From assembly GCA_000091205.1 (NCBI GenBank), contig AP006491.2: a stretch of 64,000 nt of DNA; one strand, 5' to 3'. A model generated the notes under the pieces. That model did not search any database. It was not told the DNA's origin and saw only the letters and a program-made list of their open reading frames with translations. The DNA comes from Cyanidioschyzon merolae. Taxonomy: Eukaryota. Shown here in pieces: positions 1 through 11,644 of this stretch. Position numbers and translations under genes: made by a program. Each line of letters begins with the position of its first letter. Position 1 is the first letter of the stretch.

Positions 1-1251
1 CAGACATGGAATGCCTCCGGGCTCGTTGCCGCTCTCGTTTCTGCAGGGTAGGACGGCATGGGCGCACCGCTCGGAGCCGACGCATCGGAAAGCATGGCCT
101 GTGTAGATCCCCGATGCACTGGGAACGGATGCGCGCCTCCGGAGGCCTCAGCATTATCAAAAGGAACCCGCACAGAGCAGAAGGTTAATGAAAGTTTCTT
201 TAAATAAAACATTCCGATTTAATCTTGTTCAGGTCTAGGGTCAAATCGAGCAAGTTTCTGAGCAAACAGGTGCTCGTGAGCGAGCACGGCGCATGCTTTG
301 CCCCGTGCAAGGCGTATACAGCGCGTGAAGCTGCACTGAAGCCGCGGAGCGATGCAGTGTTCGGCAGGCGCCGTCGCTTCCGATATTTGCAGCGCCACTT
401 TCGGGTTTATTTTCCATAACGAACCGCTTTACCCTAACTTAAGTGGCATCCGGGCTGATTCACGTCGGATTCAAACCGTGTCCAAGCAGTTGCTTCGGGA
501 AAACGAGGACTACGGCCCACCGCTCGCTTACGCTAATGGCGGCGTTTCCACGAAAGAAGCATATATTTCTCTGCCTAGCATGCCCTGGGCAGTATCTGCG
601 CACATTTAACAATCTGAAAAGCTTCGCAGCTACATATCGGCGAGTGATACTCCGCGACACTCGTGCCGGACGACAGCCTCTGTCAACAACCGAGATCGTC
701 TTCCGTGGATGCAGGATGTGCTCAAAGGCCAAAACTTCAACGATTCTCGGAGAGTGCTCATTGAGACCTGCTCGGGAGACTGAATAAAATGCTCACGGAC
801 CATGCGAGCGGCCTCTGAGACGCTCGCGATTTCGTCAACCACTTCCATCAGTCGCGTCAGGTTCAAAGGGAACAAAAAGCCACTCATTCTAAGACTGAAT
901 TTCGTTCTTTCCGAGCTTTTTGTCAGATGAGCAGCCTCGACACCCGAAGTGCATCAGTAAGGACACTGCGGATTCATGCAAAGCTTGAGGAGTTTCGGGC
1001 GTGTTTCCGGAGTGACCCCTTCGACGCTCTGCAGCCAGAATTCGTCCGTCATCGGTACCAGGACGATTCGCGACGGCCTCGAAGAAGGACCCCTAAACTA
1101 AGCGACGGCACCATTGAATTCACATGTACGAGACTCCAGGCCGCTCGTTTCCATGCGTTCAGGGTGTCCTACTCACGCATGCCTCGCACGCTCGACCTTT
1201 CTGTTCCAGGGCAACTCGTAGGCACAACAACTCGCGCTCCTTCGTTGACGG

Positions 1252-1396
1252 GTAAGTAAATCGACTTTATGCGTTGGCGGCATGCTCACAAGATCATGCG
1301 CAAACTTCACCGAAATTCTCGCTTCGAAAAAATGGACTCCGTTCAAACGACACATCCGGCTCTCTTTGGAGCCATCTAGGCATCGGCTTTGCACAG
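1252..1396 (+). repeat. Short member (146 nt) of a GTAAG...CAG-bounded intron-like element family (introner-like candidate)
   Basis: Starts GTAAGTAAA and ends TTTGCACAG. Shares ATGCGTTGG, CATGCT, a gaaa(a)ttcgaaa-like motif and an ATCGGCTTTGCACAG-like 3' end with the elements at 24271-24584 and 52281-52585. The 5' GTAAGTAAA terminates ORF 927..1259, and removing the element joins that frame to the frame of ORF 1282..1548. Confidence 0.45.
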
Positions 1397-1456
1397 AAGC
1401 AGTTTCCCGTCGACGGGGCATGCTCCCAGAGGCTCCCGGCTCTTGTCATCGGAAAC

Positions 1457-1480
1457 CGGACTCGGACTCGGACTCGGACT
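1457..1480. repeat. (CGGACT)4 hexanucleotide microsatellite
   Basis: Four perfect tandem CGGACT units are read directly in the sequence. Confidence 0.9.
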
Positions 1481-2813
1481 TTAGTCATCGCGGAGGTCGC
1501 TTCTGGTACGGTCTGCATCACTGCCTTGGACGAGCGCAGCGGACATAGATCGAATTCTCTGGGCTTGTTCACCAACCGGGATTTCCCTTCCTGGGCTTGT
1601 TCACCATCGACATCATCGCATGGCACAAGTCCACTGTCGACTGGGACAGCGTGCGTCTGCGTGTCCAGCGCGCAGGGCACTTGCCCAGCGCATGACCCAG
1701 AAGAAGCCCGTGATCGTCGAGTGCAGCACCGGTCGCGCAAAAGCATGAGAGCATCGAGGCGAGCGTTCTGTGCACGCTCACGGCATGTATCTGGCGCAGG
1801 AACAAGTGCTCAAGCAACACAGGGCCTCTTGTCTGAAGAGACTGCGTTGTAGTCACGTGGGATCACCTGATGACGGAGACAGGTCACCGCTGCAACAAGG
1901 CGCACAGAGTCTGTATACAACGAGGATGGAAATGGCAAACGCAGCGTAGATCGCAACCTTTGCGTGTGCTCGAAAGACGTCAACAACGAGCCGGAAGCGG
2001 CGAAATCGGGACTTGAGCGCTGCTATCAACATGGTTCGTCTGTCGGCACCTGAGCTGGTGGGAAAAAGATAGACCAGCGCGTTTGAAGCTGGATAGCAGA
2101 GTTAGGAACAGTAAACACGTGCAGAGACATCCTGTAGCGGCTTGTGTTGATGATAGCGAGAAGGGACCCAAACCTGAGCGTGTACTTCTGTGTTAGATAA
2201 GTTGACCCGTTCCGTTCTATTCTGACATAGTTGTAGAGGCTGCCCACTTGGTTAATTGGATCATCCAAATTTATTCTCACGGTGATGGAAGCGCATCCAG
2301 GTGTGTGTTCGCAGCCGCGGCTTGACAGGCTTCATTAGGTGCATCCGCGAGTGCCGCATCAGTGTGCTTTGGGGCGCAGCAGCTGGTGGCGCAAAGCGGT
2401 GGAAATTAAACTGCCGCTGTGGATACAGGTATACCGTTCTATACCCCGTTTAGCGGACGCAGGTTGGCTTGCGAGCTTTTGAACTCTTAGTTTGAACAAT
2501 TTGCACGCCCACGGAAATTGGCCTTGTCTACTCTGGGGAACGCGGCTGGTTTTCACGCTGGCTGGTTTTCGTTCAAAGCCCCAGGTAACCTGGCGTGCTG
2601 CACGTTTTCACCTGGCTCACCGAGCGGGAGACGTTTAGCGAGGAGGAGTGCAAACGAGCAGTGTTCGCACCGCTCTGGCAGCGCCATCGTAAAGATTGCT
2701 TTCGGCGGTGAAACTGGGGTTGCGCTCGAGGCGAAGAGCGCTACCTTGTGACCAACTTGTATTCGTTTCTGAGCCAGGTTCACTTGTGGTTGCTCGCGCT
2801 GCAACGGCTACTT

Positions 2814-4781
2814 ATGAACACCCCAGAGCGCACAACGTCAGAGGTCGAACGGCGGCCGAGCGCCACCTCTTCTGTCTTTTTGGACGCTGAGGAGAGTGTC
2901 ACTGGTTGGGACTCGGAGACGGCTACCCCCAGGCAGCAACTATCCGTTGATGTCGAAAACCTGAACAATACGGAGCTGTTAGCGGACGAGAGAGCGACAT
3001 CAGTATCGAGTGCTCCTGAACAAGCTGAACGGCAGACCGCAGGATTTGCCTATGATGCCGAACTACACGACCAGTACGTGCAGCGCATGAACTGGTGGTG
3101 CATGATTTTCTGTTGTCAATGCGGTGGTGCATGCTGTGGCTGCTTCTCGAAGAGCGATGTGCGTAAGAGTCGCGAGAGTATTCGTCGGGAGACCTTGGAG
3201 CGCCAAGCGGTCATGATCGGTGAGTTGCTCTCAGCCTACGAATATGACTTATTCAACAAGGAGAAAGAGAACGAGACCTCCTCGACCCAGCGCACACCTT
3301 TTCTCTCGCTGTTTCCATTTTCGCCGCGTTCAGGTAGGCGCCAGGAACAGCCAGACGAGCTCGTCGTCCGCCGTGAGCTCATGAAGCGTTTTGCGCTTTT
3401 ATTCGATCGTTCCCCGGGTTCTCGAAAAACTCGCAAATCGTACCCTGTCTTGCTGCCGCAGGACTGGCTACGCGGCGTTCAGCTCTACATCCTGCTTGGT
3501 GCTTTTGCTGATGAACCTGACCGCATGCAGAGACTGTGCATGAACTTGCCCCCTGTTTCGGTTGCACGCATCCAGTGGCTTCATCACTGGATGCGATTTG
3601 CAGCAGCCCCGCTGGGTCAGTATCTCCTGATGTTGGAAAGGCCGGCATCGGCTTTCATGAACTACCCAAAGTCGATGATTCACGCTCTAAGGATGCGCTC
3701 CGTCCCAGACTCGGCATTGCTAGCGGTTGCGCGACGCTGCAGAGTCGGTCTTGACCGGATTCTGCTCGCCCAGATGCGGTCGCGTACCTTTCTACCCGCT
3801 TTCATCATCGTAGAAGATCCCGTGACGGACAGCTTGGTAGTTTCCGTGCGCGGAACAATGTCCGTCAGCGATGCCTTTACGGACCTTGAAGGAACCCCCG
3901 AGCACTTTGATGTGCGCTGCTGCGAGGGATCGCCCGTGGGCGCAGGCGTCACGATAACAGGTACTGCGCACGGTGGTCTACTGAGATCAGGCGGGAACCT
4001 CTGCAAACGAATCTTACCAGTTTTGAAGCGCGCCGTCGAACGCCGGGGCGGGAACACGCGCATTATCATCACTGGTCACTCTCTCGGCGGCGGTGCTGCT
4101 GCACTGCTTGCGATCATGCTGCAGGCCCACTTGCCGAATGTATATGCGGTTTGCTTCGCTCCACCGCCAGCAGTGAGTATTGAAGCGGCGGAGAAATGCA
4201 AGGCGTTCATGGAGTGCGTTGTACGGGGGAACGACAGCGTTCCAAGAATGTCTTTGCCTGCAATCGCTCACTTCTTGCGCATCGCTTATTTGGGGAAGTC
4301 TCGCCTGAGCCGGCTGCAGAAGCTGGCATTGTTTTTCCGTTGTGGCTGTTTGTGCAAGTTTCCACCAGAGATCCGCGACGCCGTCTCGCACGTGACGTAC
4401 TCGCTTGAGAACCGGCGCATGTTTGTGCCGGGCCGAGTATTTTACATAACAGAGCCGTCAACGAGAAACACATGTGGAGACAATTCATGCTGTGGGCCTG
4501 TCTGTCTCATTGGAGCATGTGAACGCCAGTCCGCCGAGGCTGAAGCACAGGAAAGCCTCCTCCACCGCCGTCTGATTCGCGAAATTGATGCCAAGGAGCT
4601 CCGATGTCTGGTTGGCAGGAATGGCATTATCGAGCATCACATGCCTTGGGGTTATGAACGCGCGTTGCGAGCGCTGCTTCGTGAGGCGAATGCACCATCC
4701 CTCCGACGAAAGGAGCTAGAGGAGCGCAAGCGGATCAGCGAGCCTGCGAATCCGGATGATCTCCCCCTGGAGTCTCGTTAG
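2814..4781 (+). CDS. Class 3 (fungal-type) lipase domain protein, sn-1 diacylglycerol-lipase-like alpha/beta hydrolase
   Basis: A long uninterrupted ORF with the GHSLGGGAAALLA nucleophile-elbow motif (GxSxG) typical of lipase_3, preceded by a Cys-rich stretch (CMIFCCQCGGACCGCF). The ORF-track start at 2748 is GTG, and the first in-frame ATG is at 2814. Confidence 0.75.
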   Translation: MNTPERTTSEVERRPSATSSVFLDAEESVTGWDSETATPRQQLSVDVENLNNTELLADERATSVSSAPEQAERQTAGFAYDAELHDQYVQRMNWWCMIFCCQCGGACCGCFSKSDVRKSRESIRRETLERQAVMIGELLSAYEYDLFNKEKENETSSTQRTPFLSLFPFSPRSGRRQEQPDELVVRRELMKRFALLFDRSPGSRKTRKSYPVLLPQDWLRGVQLYILLGAFADEPDRMQRLCMNLPPVSVARIQWLHHWMRFAAAPLGQYLLMLERPASAFMNYPKSMIHALRMRSVPDSALLAVARRCRVGLDRILLAQMRSRTFLPAFIIVEDPVTDSLVVSVRGTMSVSDAFTDLEGTPEHFDVRCCEGSPVGAGVTITGTAHGGLLRSGGNLCKRILPVLKRAVERRGGNTRIIITGHSLGGGAAALLAIMLQAHLPNVYAVCFAPPPAVSIEAAEKCKAFMECVVRGNDSVPRMSLPAIAHFLRIAYLGKSRLSRLQKLALFFRCGCLCKFPPEIRDAVSHVTYSLENRRMFVPGRVFYITEPSTRNTCGDNSCCGPVCLIGACERQSAEAEAQESLLHRRLIREIDAKELRCLVGRNGIIEHHMPWGYERALRALLREANAPSLRRKELEERKRISEPANPDDLPLESR

Positions 4782-6480
4782 CTGGCTGGTGGCACCGCCG
4801 AACCAGCATATCGAATCGGTCTAGATGACCCAGCGCCTGGGGGCCTGTGTCCGCTGCAAGCAGCTGAACATTGACAGATTTTGGTGTGGATGCGAGAGCT
4901 TAAGCACACAAACCATTTCTGTGGAGTTCGCTTCGCAAGTCTAGCGAAAATGAACGGAGACTCCATATCTCTGCAGCGGCTTGGTGCAGTGACTCATCCG
5001 GCAGTCCGCGGGGCGTTCCAGTTACACCAGCCGCGTGCTGGAAAGGGTGCACATGGGCGAGCCGTCTTTATGGAGACGCTTTTTATTCACTCAAATGCGC
5101 GTTGGAACGCCGGAGAGGGTTTGCACGACGGCACCATTTCATCTTGGTGCATATGGACGGATTCTCAGAGAGATTCTGCGAAATTATTTTCATCGATGTT
5201 TCATGCTCGTGTTCGGAGCGCACACATGCATTGCTGGTACCGAGTTTCTGCGGCTGCGCATGCACTTATACGTTGCGAGCGTACAACATCATTGTGCACG
5301 GGCACATTCTTCGACATTGTGCGCCGTTTTCCTCTAGCATAGAAACATCTCGTCAAGTCGATCGTGAACGCTGACAGACATGCTTCATTTTGCATTGCTT
5401 TCATTCTATATTTTAATAATTTGGAACGAGTTAAAACTTGAATTTCAGGACCCGCTACCGTTGAACGGGTCAGCGAATACATCAGAAGCAGCGCGTGCCG
5501 CTACTTCGATGCGATCGCGGAGGATGAGCGCAGCTCAGCCTGAAACAGAGGCCCCGCACGACATGATGCGGTGGCAGGCTCGATCATAACAACGTGCTAT
5601 CGGGGCCTCGAAATGGTCTTATTTCGGACGCTCGGAATCGGAACCTAGACCCGGGAGCACGATTGCCATGACCATAATTTGACGCAGAGGGAGAGTTTCG
5701 ATTTGTGCCTTGTTCACTTTTCATGTGCGCCGCCGGGCGTGGCACCTTACTGGCCCGTGCACGCGATGGACACGCCTTGAATCGAGGCTCTGAATACTGA
5801 AGAAACCACGGACGCCTACTCGTGAGCGATGCGGTGAAAAGCTTTTGCATTGTGAACGTCTAGAATGGAGGTCATGCGCTGGCGGAAGCGTCCTTGATAT
5901 CAAGAGTGCTGCAGCATATATCTTCGCCCAGATTGCTGTCCGAAGCTTGCGTTTCAGGAACCGAAATGCTTCTCCGGCAACATCCATGTCTAGCGCTGCG
6001 TGGTGCCGGCGAGAATGTCGCAGTCGTCCGCTCGTACCATCAAGACAAAGAGCCTGTCGAGGCCCGTAATACTAGCGGATCCTGGTTCGTAGACTCGCGA
6101 CCAGTACCAAAAGTCAACGCTCTCGAAGACGCACCGAGGCTGCCTCGTTCCAGTGCGACAGGTGCGTCAAGCTTGGCGCCAGAAGTGCTATTGGTCGTAT
6201 CAAGCCTTGCATCCACGAGGATTGCTGCCCTGAAGCACAGATCTCGTTGAGGCATCCTTGAAGAAACGACGGTCTAATCTCTGGCAGACGGCAACAAGTT
6301 TGCTTTCGGAATCGTCTGATTCATGTCATCACGCATCCAGCATGGAAAAGAATGGACACGTACACAGACGCAATCCGCGGAAGCGAGCAGCGGGCAGCAA
6401 AGCTCCATCCTTGGTGTGCAGACACAGCACAGTTGGATCTTCCCATAGGGCGGGCTCAACGCATGCGCCCAGCGATTCAC

Positions 6481-6743
6481 GGCACTGCATGCTGTATTTT
6501 TTTGTGGACAAAACGTTTACTTAGGCCAGCGTTCTCCGATTATGCGCTTTTTTCTTTTCTTCCTTTTTTGTGTGTTTTTCAGTGCGCGGTGAGGTATCCA
6601 TCAACCCCCTACTCCCATGTTCCATTACCTATACTTCGTCTCGGATATTCTGGTCGTTTCATACGTCCTATCGTGTGCCGAGCCTACCGAAAGCGACAGC
6701 AATAGCGCCTATAGCGCCGGTGCGGTCACTGCATGCTGTATGT
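6481..6743 (-). mobile_element. 5'-truncated copy of the 3' end of a non-LTR retrotransposon (LINE 3' UTR plus poly(A)), with a 16-bp target-site duplication
   Basis: Bases 6497-6727 are about 85-90% identical to 33228-33470, the 3' UTR of the LINE at 33.2-37.5 kb. On the minus strand it ends in A7 (TTTTTTT at 6497-6503 on plus). It is flanked by near-identical direct repeats GGCACTGCATGCTGTA (6481-6496) and GGTCACTGCATGCTGTA (6727-6743). It lies about 170 bp upstream of the POLA1 ATG. Confidence 0.6.
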
Positions 6744-6913
6744 GCGGCAAGTTACCGTTTGGATCGCATCCATCCCATATCAGACTAAAACTGTTAATAA
6801 TTAGATAAAGTGTATCAAATGGGAAACTCGGTCACTAAGCCGCGGCGCGCTCGAATTGGCGCGAAAACGCTCCGCAGTCGTTGCCGCAACATTTGGTTCT
6901 AACGCCAGTGGCC

Positions 6914-9900
6914 ATGCCAAGAGCCAGTCGAGGTGCAAACGGCAAAGCAGCTGAAGCGCTGCGGAGGCTTGCTGAAGCTCGTGAAAGCGGTAGGCGACCA
7001 AGTGAGGACTATGAGCTCGAAGAACCTGAGCGGGTATACGAGGCGGTGGACGAGGACACGTATCGATCGCGTCGGGCGGAAGAACGCCACCAGGTACGAA
7101 GCTTCATTGTCAAGGACCGGGCAACGTTCTCGGGCAGCTCCGAGGACGAAGACTGCTTGACGTATTCAGAGGAGGAGAGTGAAGGGCGAACAAGCGCTCG
7201 ATCACGTGTGCGCGCGGGACGACAGCGAAGCAGGGAGCGAGGCTCGAGTGCTACAGTGGCGCGGAACCTGCTCAAACCGACTCAAACTCGTTTCCTGGGG
7301 CAGCCTACAGTACCGGGGACGCTCAAAATTGAGCAAGCCGCTCTGGCTACTTCCGTTGCGTCACATGGGCGTGTGCAGTCAGCCTCAAGCTCTGGTCGAC
7401 GCAAAAGCTTGGTTGACGAACTGCTCGCTGAGCAAGATGAATGGGCAGCGGGCGAGGAACGCACGTTTGTCGCCTCGAGAGCGCGCGGAAACGATAGTCG
7501 CCCGCTAGATGCACAGCCAAATCAGCATCCGACATCGGGTGTGATATCGGCACCACGACGGCGACGTGGCGCCCAAGATCTGCTCGTGGAGAGTGGCCCG
7601 CAGATCCCACTCGAAAGCCGTTCAGATACGGATCACGATCACGAGCATGATCCGAGAACACCCAGTACCCAAGAAAAATCTTGGACGACTCTCCAGGCTG
7701 CAAATGCGAGCGATTCTGAAAATGACATGGAGGTGAACGACGTCGACGCCGACCTCCTCCTGGATCGCGTACTTGAACTCGAGGCCGAATACGCCCACGA
7801 GGCAACTGAAAACGGAGTAACTGCCGTAGAAGGCGATCTTCCTGGTGATCGCGTTCCCGCGCTAACCTTTTTCGCGCTCGACATGCAGGAAATTTTGGAC
7901 AAAGTCTTCGTGTTCGGTCGAGCTCTGTTGCCGGAAACAAGCTCTTCAACTGCGGTTTGTGTTCAAGTTTGCGGCATTGAAAGGGAAATCTTCTTCTTGC
8001 CTCGAATGTACGTAGACTGCCCCGACGACGAGCAGGCAACACCACGTCCCTACCCGATCCTTGCGTCCGAGCAGGAGCCAAGATTGGCCCCCATCTCAGA
8101 AGGCATTGCTTTCTCCTGTGTCTACGAGGAAGTCAAGTCAGTTTTGCTGGCTCGCGGCATCACCGAATTCACCGCCCGTCGCGAGGAACGTTGTTTCCTT
8201 ACGAACCAGATCGATCGTCGCCGGGCGGAAGTAACATCGTGTTTGCGTGTGCGATACCCGGCAAAGTATCGAGCTTTGGAAACTGCTCTCGAGGGCCAGA
8301 CTTTCTCCCAAATCGTTGGTTCAAGAAATTCACCGCTAGAGAATTTCATACTTGAGCGATGCGTGCCAGGTCCGTGTTGGGTACAAGTCTCGAACGCAAG
8401 CCGCGTCACTGGGATATCATCATGTCGTTGGAGCCTTAACGTGGACTCGCCAGCTCAGTTCAGAGTGCTCGCGGCGGAGGAGATTCCAGCGTCGCAACCG
8501 CCAGGGCTGCGCGTACTGACGTTTTCCTTGCGCACGATCGCTGAGGCATCTCCTACATCGTTCGAAATAGCGATAATCTGCGCGACTGTATTCGATAATG
8601 TGCCCACGAACCGGAACTTGGGCGAAACGCCGCACCCTTCCATGCAGTTTGGCATCGTTCGGCCGCCAGCGCATGAGGCATTCCCTTTCGGTTTCGAGCG
8701 AATGATTTCGGGAAGAAGAATTCTTCGCGAGCGGAACGAGCTCGCCATGATCGAGCGCTTTCTCCGCGAAATCAATCAGCTAGATCCAGATGTCATCATT
8801 TGCCACCAGCTCCTCACGAGCCAATTCGATGTGTTCTTGAAAAGAATGCGTGAGCTGCGTCTCCGTGACTGGTGGCAGCTCGGCCGGCTTGTTCAGCGAC
8901 GTCCTTTGCAAGATTTTCGAAGTCATATGCAAGCATCTGGTCGCGGTTTGAATCCTGCACTGGCTCGGCAAATTTTCGCCGGGCGGCTCTTATGCGACAC
9001 AGAGGAGGCGGCTCGAGAGTACTTGCACAAGGAGAAGGACTATGGGCTCCGTGTCCTCTGCCGGGCGCTCCTCGGCTCCTACAAAAGCGCCGCGACGGGT
9101 AGCGATGGTGAATGGTCAGCCCAAGCCATGCGTTCAGTTTATCGCGAGGCGAAGCATCTCGTGGGGGCCATCGACTCATGTCTGGAAGACGCCAAGCTCA
9201 GCTTCCTCTTGGCAGACCGACTGGCGGTCATTCCGCTTACGAATGAGCTCGCCAGCATATGTGGATACCCTTGGGGTAAGACGATGCTTGGAAATCGAGC
9301 TGAGCGCATTGAGTATCTGCTGCTGCACGAGATCCACCGTTCTGGCAAGTACGTTGCGCCTGATCGGAGTTCGGGCCAAAGAGCCAGCATCCGACCGAAA
9401 CGCCCAAGCTTCGACCCGACAGCGCAGGCAAGCGCCGACAAAAGGCTGGACGCTGCGAGAACTCCCTCCAGTACACAGAGAGGTGCCTCAACACCGACCA
9501 CAACTGAGGGCAGCGCACTCGAGCTTGCGTCTTCAGCCAAACGGCGCAAACCTGCCTACCAAGGGGGATATGTGCTCGAGCCAAAGCGCGGTCTTTACGG
9601 GACTTGCGTTCTGCAACTCGACTTTAGCTCCCTCTACCCGTCCATCATTCAGGAATACAACATAGACTTTACCACCGTCACATTGGACTCTGAGGGAAAC
9701 GCCCTCTTGCCCAAACATAGCAACGAGCTGGGCATTCTTCCAACCGTGCTTCGGAGGCTCGTTCAGCGACGAAGACAGGTTCGAGAAGCGGCTCGCAACG
9801 AGTCGAGCCCTGTCCGCCAGCAACAGCTGCACACCAGGCAGCTAGCGCTCAAACTGACAGCGAACGCCCTGTATGGTTGTTTGGGATACGTCCACTCGCG

Positions 9901-11497
9901 TTTCCACATTCGCGAACTTGCGGAACTGATCACACGAACTGGACGGGAAACGCTTGAGCGTACAGTAGAGCTCGCGGAACAAGTTTTGCTTCGAAAGCTC
10001 GACGACCTGGTTGCAGCGTCAAACGTACCGGATCGTGCTTCTGGGGTCCAGCCTCGCGTTATCTACGGCGATACGGACTCGATCTTCATCGACAGCGGGA
10101 TTCCTTTTTCCTCTGATTCCGTGCAGCGTATCATGGAGCTGGGCCATGCTATTCGCCGCGAGGTTAATAAGCAGTACCATACTTTGGAAATTGAAATCGA
10201 AGCGTTGTATGTGCGTATGTTATTACTGAACAAGAAGAAATATGCCGCGCTCAAGTACCAGATCGATACCGGCTCATTCAGCAAGGAGGTCAAAGGCATC
10301 GAAGTCGTTCGACACGACTGGTGCGCGCTCGTCGCCGCAGCGGGCAACTTTGCCCTGGATCAGATTTTGGACCCAACCTGTGTGGCCACGGAAGCGAAAG
10401 ACCGCATTTGCAAGTACTTGTCGGAGCTGGCGACGCGCATGCGGCAAGGACGCGTCGACCTAGATCAGTTCGTTATCACCAAACAGCTGACCCATGACCC
10501 GGATGCCTACGATGATGCAGCGATCCAGCCGCATGTGCAGGTCGCCCTGCGTCGGCGAGAACGTGGATACGTCGTCGCAGCTGGCACCTTTATCCAGTAC
10601 GTTGTGTGCCGGGAGCCGTGCGATACTCGGCTTCGACGAGGAGAGGCAATCGATGGTGCTCGCGCACCCATCGATACCGTTGCACGTCGGGCGTGCCATC
10701 CGGATGAGTACCGCGAAGCACAGGGCATGCTGCATCTCGATATCGACTGGTATTTAGAGAATCAGTTGCATGCGGTGCTGAGGCGTATAACGGAGTCTGT
10801 TCCAGGCCTTGATGCCGCTGCACTGGCGTGCTGTCTTGGTCTGAACGCCCAACCGTTCCTGCGAGCTCGAATCATGGCCGACCAGATGACACCCGGAAGC
10901 ACCGCGTCGAGTCAAGACCAACGTCGCAAGCTTCTTGTCGAGGATCTTTTTGGTGCGTTGTCCGATCCGCTCGTGGTGCCGTTCACAGCCCAGTGTCCCG
11001 CTTGTGATCAGCGGTTTCCCATCGATTTCCGCTTCGAAGGCGAACACATCAGACCGGCCATTCATATTGATCGTTGCCCACGACCAGCTTGCGGTGCCGT
11101 CATCCCAGTCACCGTGCTTAAGCAGCAGTTAATCGTGTTCATTCGCCACGTGATCCGTCGGTACTACACGAGTCCCGAACTGTTGAGAGGCCATGCTTGT
11201 CGAGCCGCCGACGACGACTGGCTCGCGCACCAAGACTCGGATGTTACGTCGTTCCCGTTGTCAAGTGAATCGCTTCTCCAGGAGGGAATCTCTGAACGCG
11301 AATATGGCGAACGCACGCTCTATGCGCAATTGGAGCGATTACAACTTGCCTTGGGCAAAAATTCCGACGATCCAGATGCGGAGAAGCCGTCCGGGGGTTC
11401 AGCATCCACAGCTGCTGTGGCGTTGCAAGCCCTTGTTCAGTCGTATCTAGATGCATGCGCGTACCAGTACGTTGAGCTCAGAGCCTTGTTCTCCTGA
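6914..11497 (+). CDS. POLA1: DNA polymerase alpha catalytic subunit (family B polymerase)
   Basis: The ORF carries Pol B motif A (DFSSLYPSII), motif B (KLTANALYGCLGY) and motif C (YGDTDSIF), plus C-terminal CysA/CysB zinc modules (CPACD...CPRPACG). The N-terminus MPRASRG...ALRRLAEARESG resembles the Pol alpha N-terminus. The track start at 6881 is TTG and the first ATG is at 6914. No introns. Confidence 0.9.
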   Translation: MPRASRGANGKAAEALRRLAEARESGRRPSEDYELEEPERVYEAVDEDTYRSRRAEERHQVRSFIVKDRATFSGSSEDEDCLTYSEEESEGRTSARSRVRAGRQRSRERGSSATVARNLLKPTQTRFLGQPTVPGTLKIEQAALATSVASHGRVQSASSSGRRKSLVDELLAEQDEWAAGEERTFVASRARGNDSRPLDAQPNQHPTSGVISAPRRRRGAQDLLVESGPQIPLESRSDTDHDHEHDPRTPSTQEKSWTTLQAANASDSENDMEVNDVDADLLLDRVLELEAEYAHEATENGVTAVEGDLPGDRVPALTFFALDMQEILDKVFVFGRALLPETSSSTAVCVQVCGIEREIFFLPRMYVDCPDDEQATPRPYPILASEQEPRLAPISEGIAFSCVYEEVKSVLLARGITEFTARREERCFLTNQIDRRRAEVTSCLRVRYPAKYRALETALEGQTFSQIVGSRNSPLENFILERCVPGPCWVQVSNASRVTGISSCRWSLNVDSPAQFRVLAAEEIPASQPPGLRVLTFSLRTIAEASPTSFEIAIICATVFDNVPTNRNLGETPHPSMQFGIVRPPAHEAFPFGFERMISGRRILRERNELAMIERFLREINQLDPDVIICHQLLTSQFDVFLKRMRELRLRDWWQLGRLVQRRPLQDFRSHMQASGRGLNPALARQIFAGRLLCDTEEAAREYLHKEKDYGLRVLCRALLGSYKSAATGSDGEWSAQAMRSVYREAKHLVGAIDSCLEDAKLSFLLADRLAVIPLTNELASICGYPWGKTMLGNRAERIEYLLLHEIHRSGKYVAPDRSSGQRASIRPKRPSFDPTAQASADKRLDAARTPSSTQRGASTPTTTEGSALELASSAKRRKPAYQGGYVLEPKRGLYGTCVLQLDFSSLYPSIIQEYNIDFTTVTLDSEGNALLPKHSNELGILPTVLRRLVQRRRQVREAARNESSPVRQQQLHTRQLALKLTANALYGCLGYVHSRFHIRELAELITRTGRETLERTVELAEQVLLRKLDDLVAASNVPDRASGVQPRVIYGDTDSIFIDSGIPFSSDSVQRIMELGHAIRREVNKQYHTLEIEIEALYVRMLLLNKKKYAALKYQIDTGSFSKEVKGIEVVRHDWCALVAAAGNFALDQILDPTCVATEAKDRICKYLSELATRMRQGRVDLDQFVITKQLTHDPDAYDDAAIQPHVQVALRRRERGYVVAAGTFIQYVVCREPCDTRLRRGEAIDGARAPIDTVARRACHPDEYREAQGMLHLDIDWYLENQLHAVLRRITESVPGLDAAALACCLGLNAQPFLRARIMADQMTPGSTASSQDQRRKLLVEDLFGALSDPLVVPFTAQCPACDQRFPIDFRFEGEHIRPAIHIDRCPRPACGAVIPVTVLKQQLIVFIRHVIRRYYTSPELLRGHACRAADDDWLAHQDSDVTSFPLSSESLLQEGISEREYGERTLYAQLERLQLALGKNSDDPDAEKPSGGSASTAAVALQALVQSYLDACAYQYVELRALFS

Positions 11498-11644
11498 CTC
11501 GGGGCCAGGAGCCGGCTGCTCCTTCGTGCCATTATGGCAGTGCTAGCACGACGGTGCTGCGATCGCACACCAGTATGCGAGACCGGTCGTGTACGCGCTC
11601 AGTGGTTCACGTTGATGACTTGATACATAGCTGGTCGTGCCGCG

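Noticed and set aside
6352-6705. ORFs 6352..6705 and 33253..33717 whose translations are similar, which could be read as a conserved small protein
   Set aside because: The similarity is at the nucleotide level and both are the 3' UTR and poly(A) end of the LINE family. The shared peptide is a by-product of a repeated non-coding sequence.
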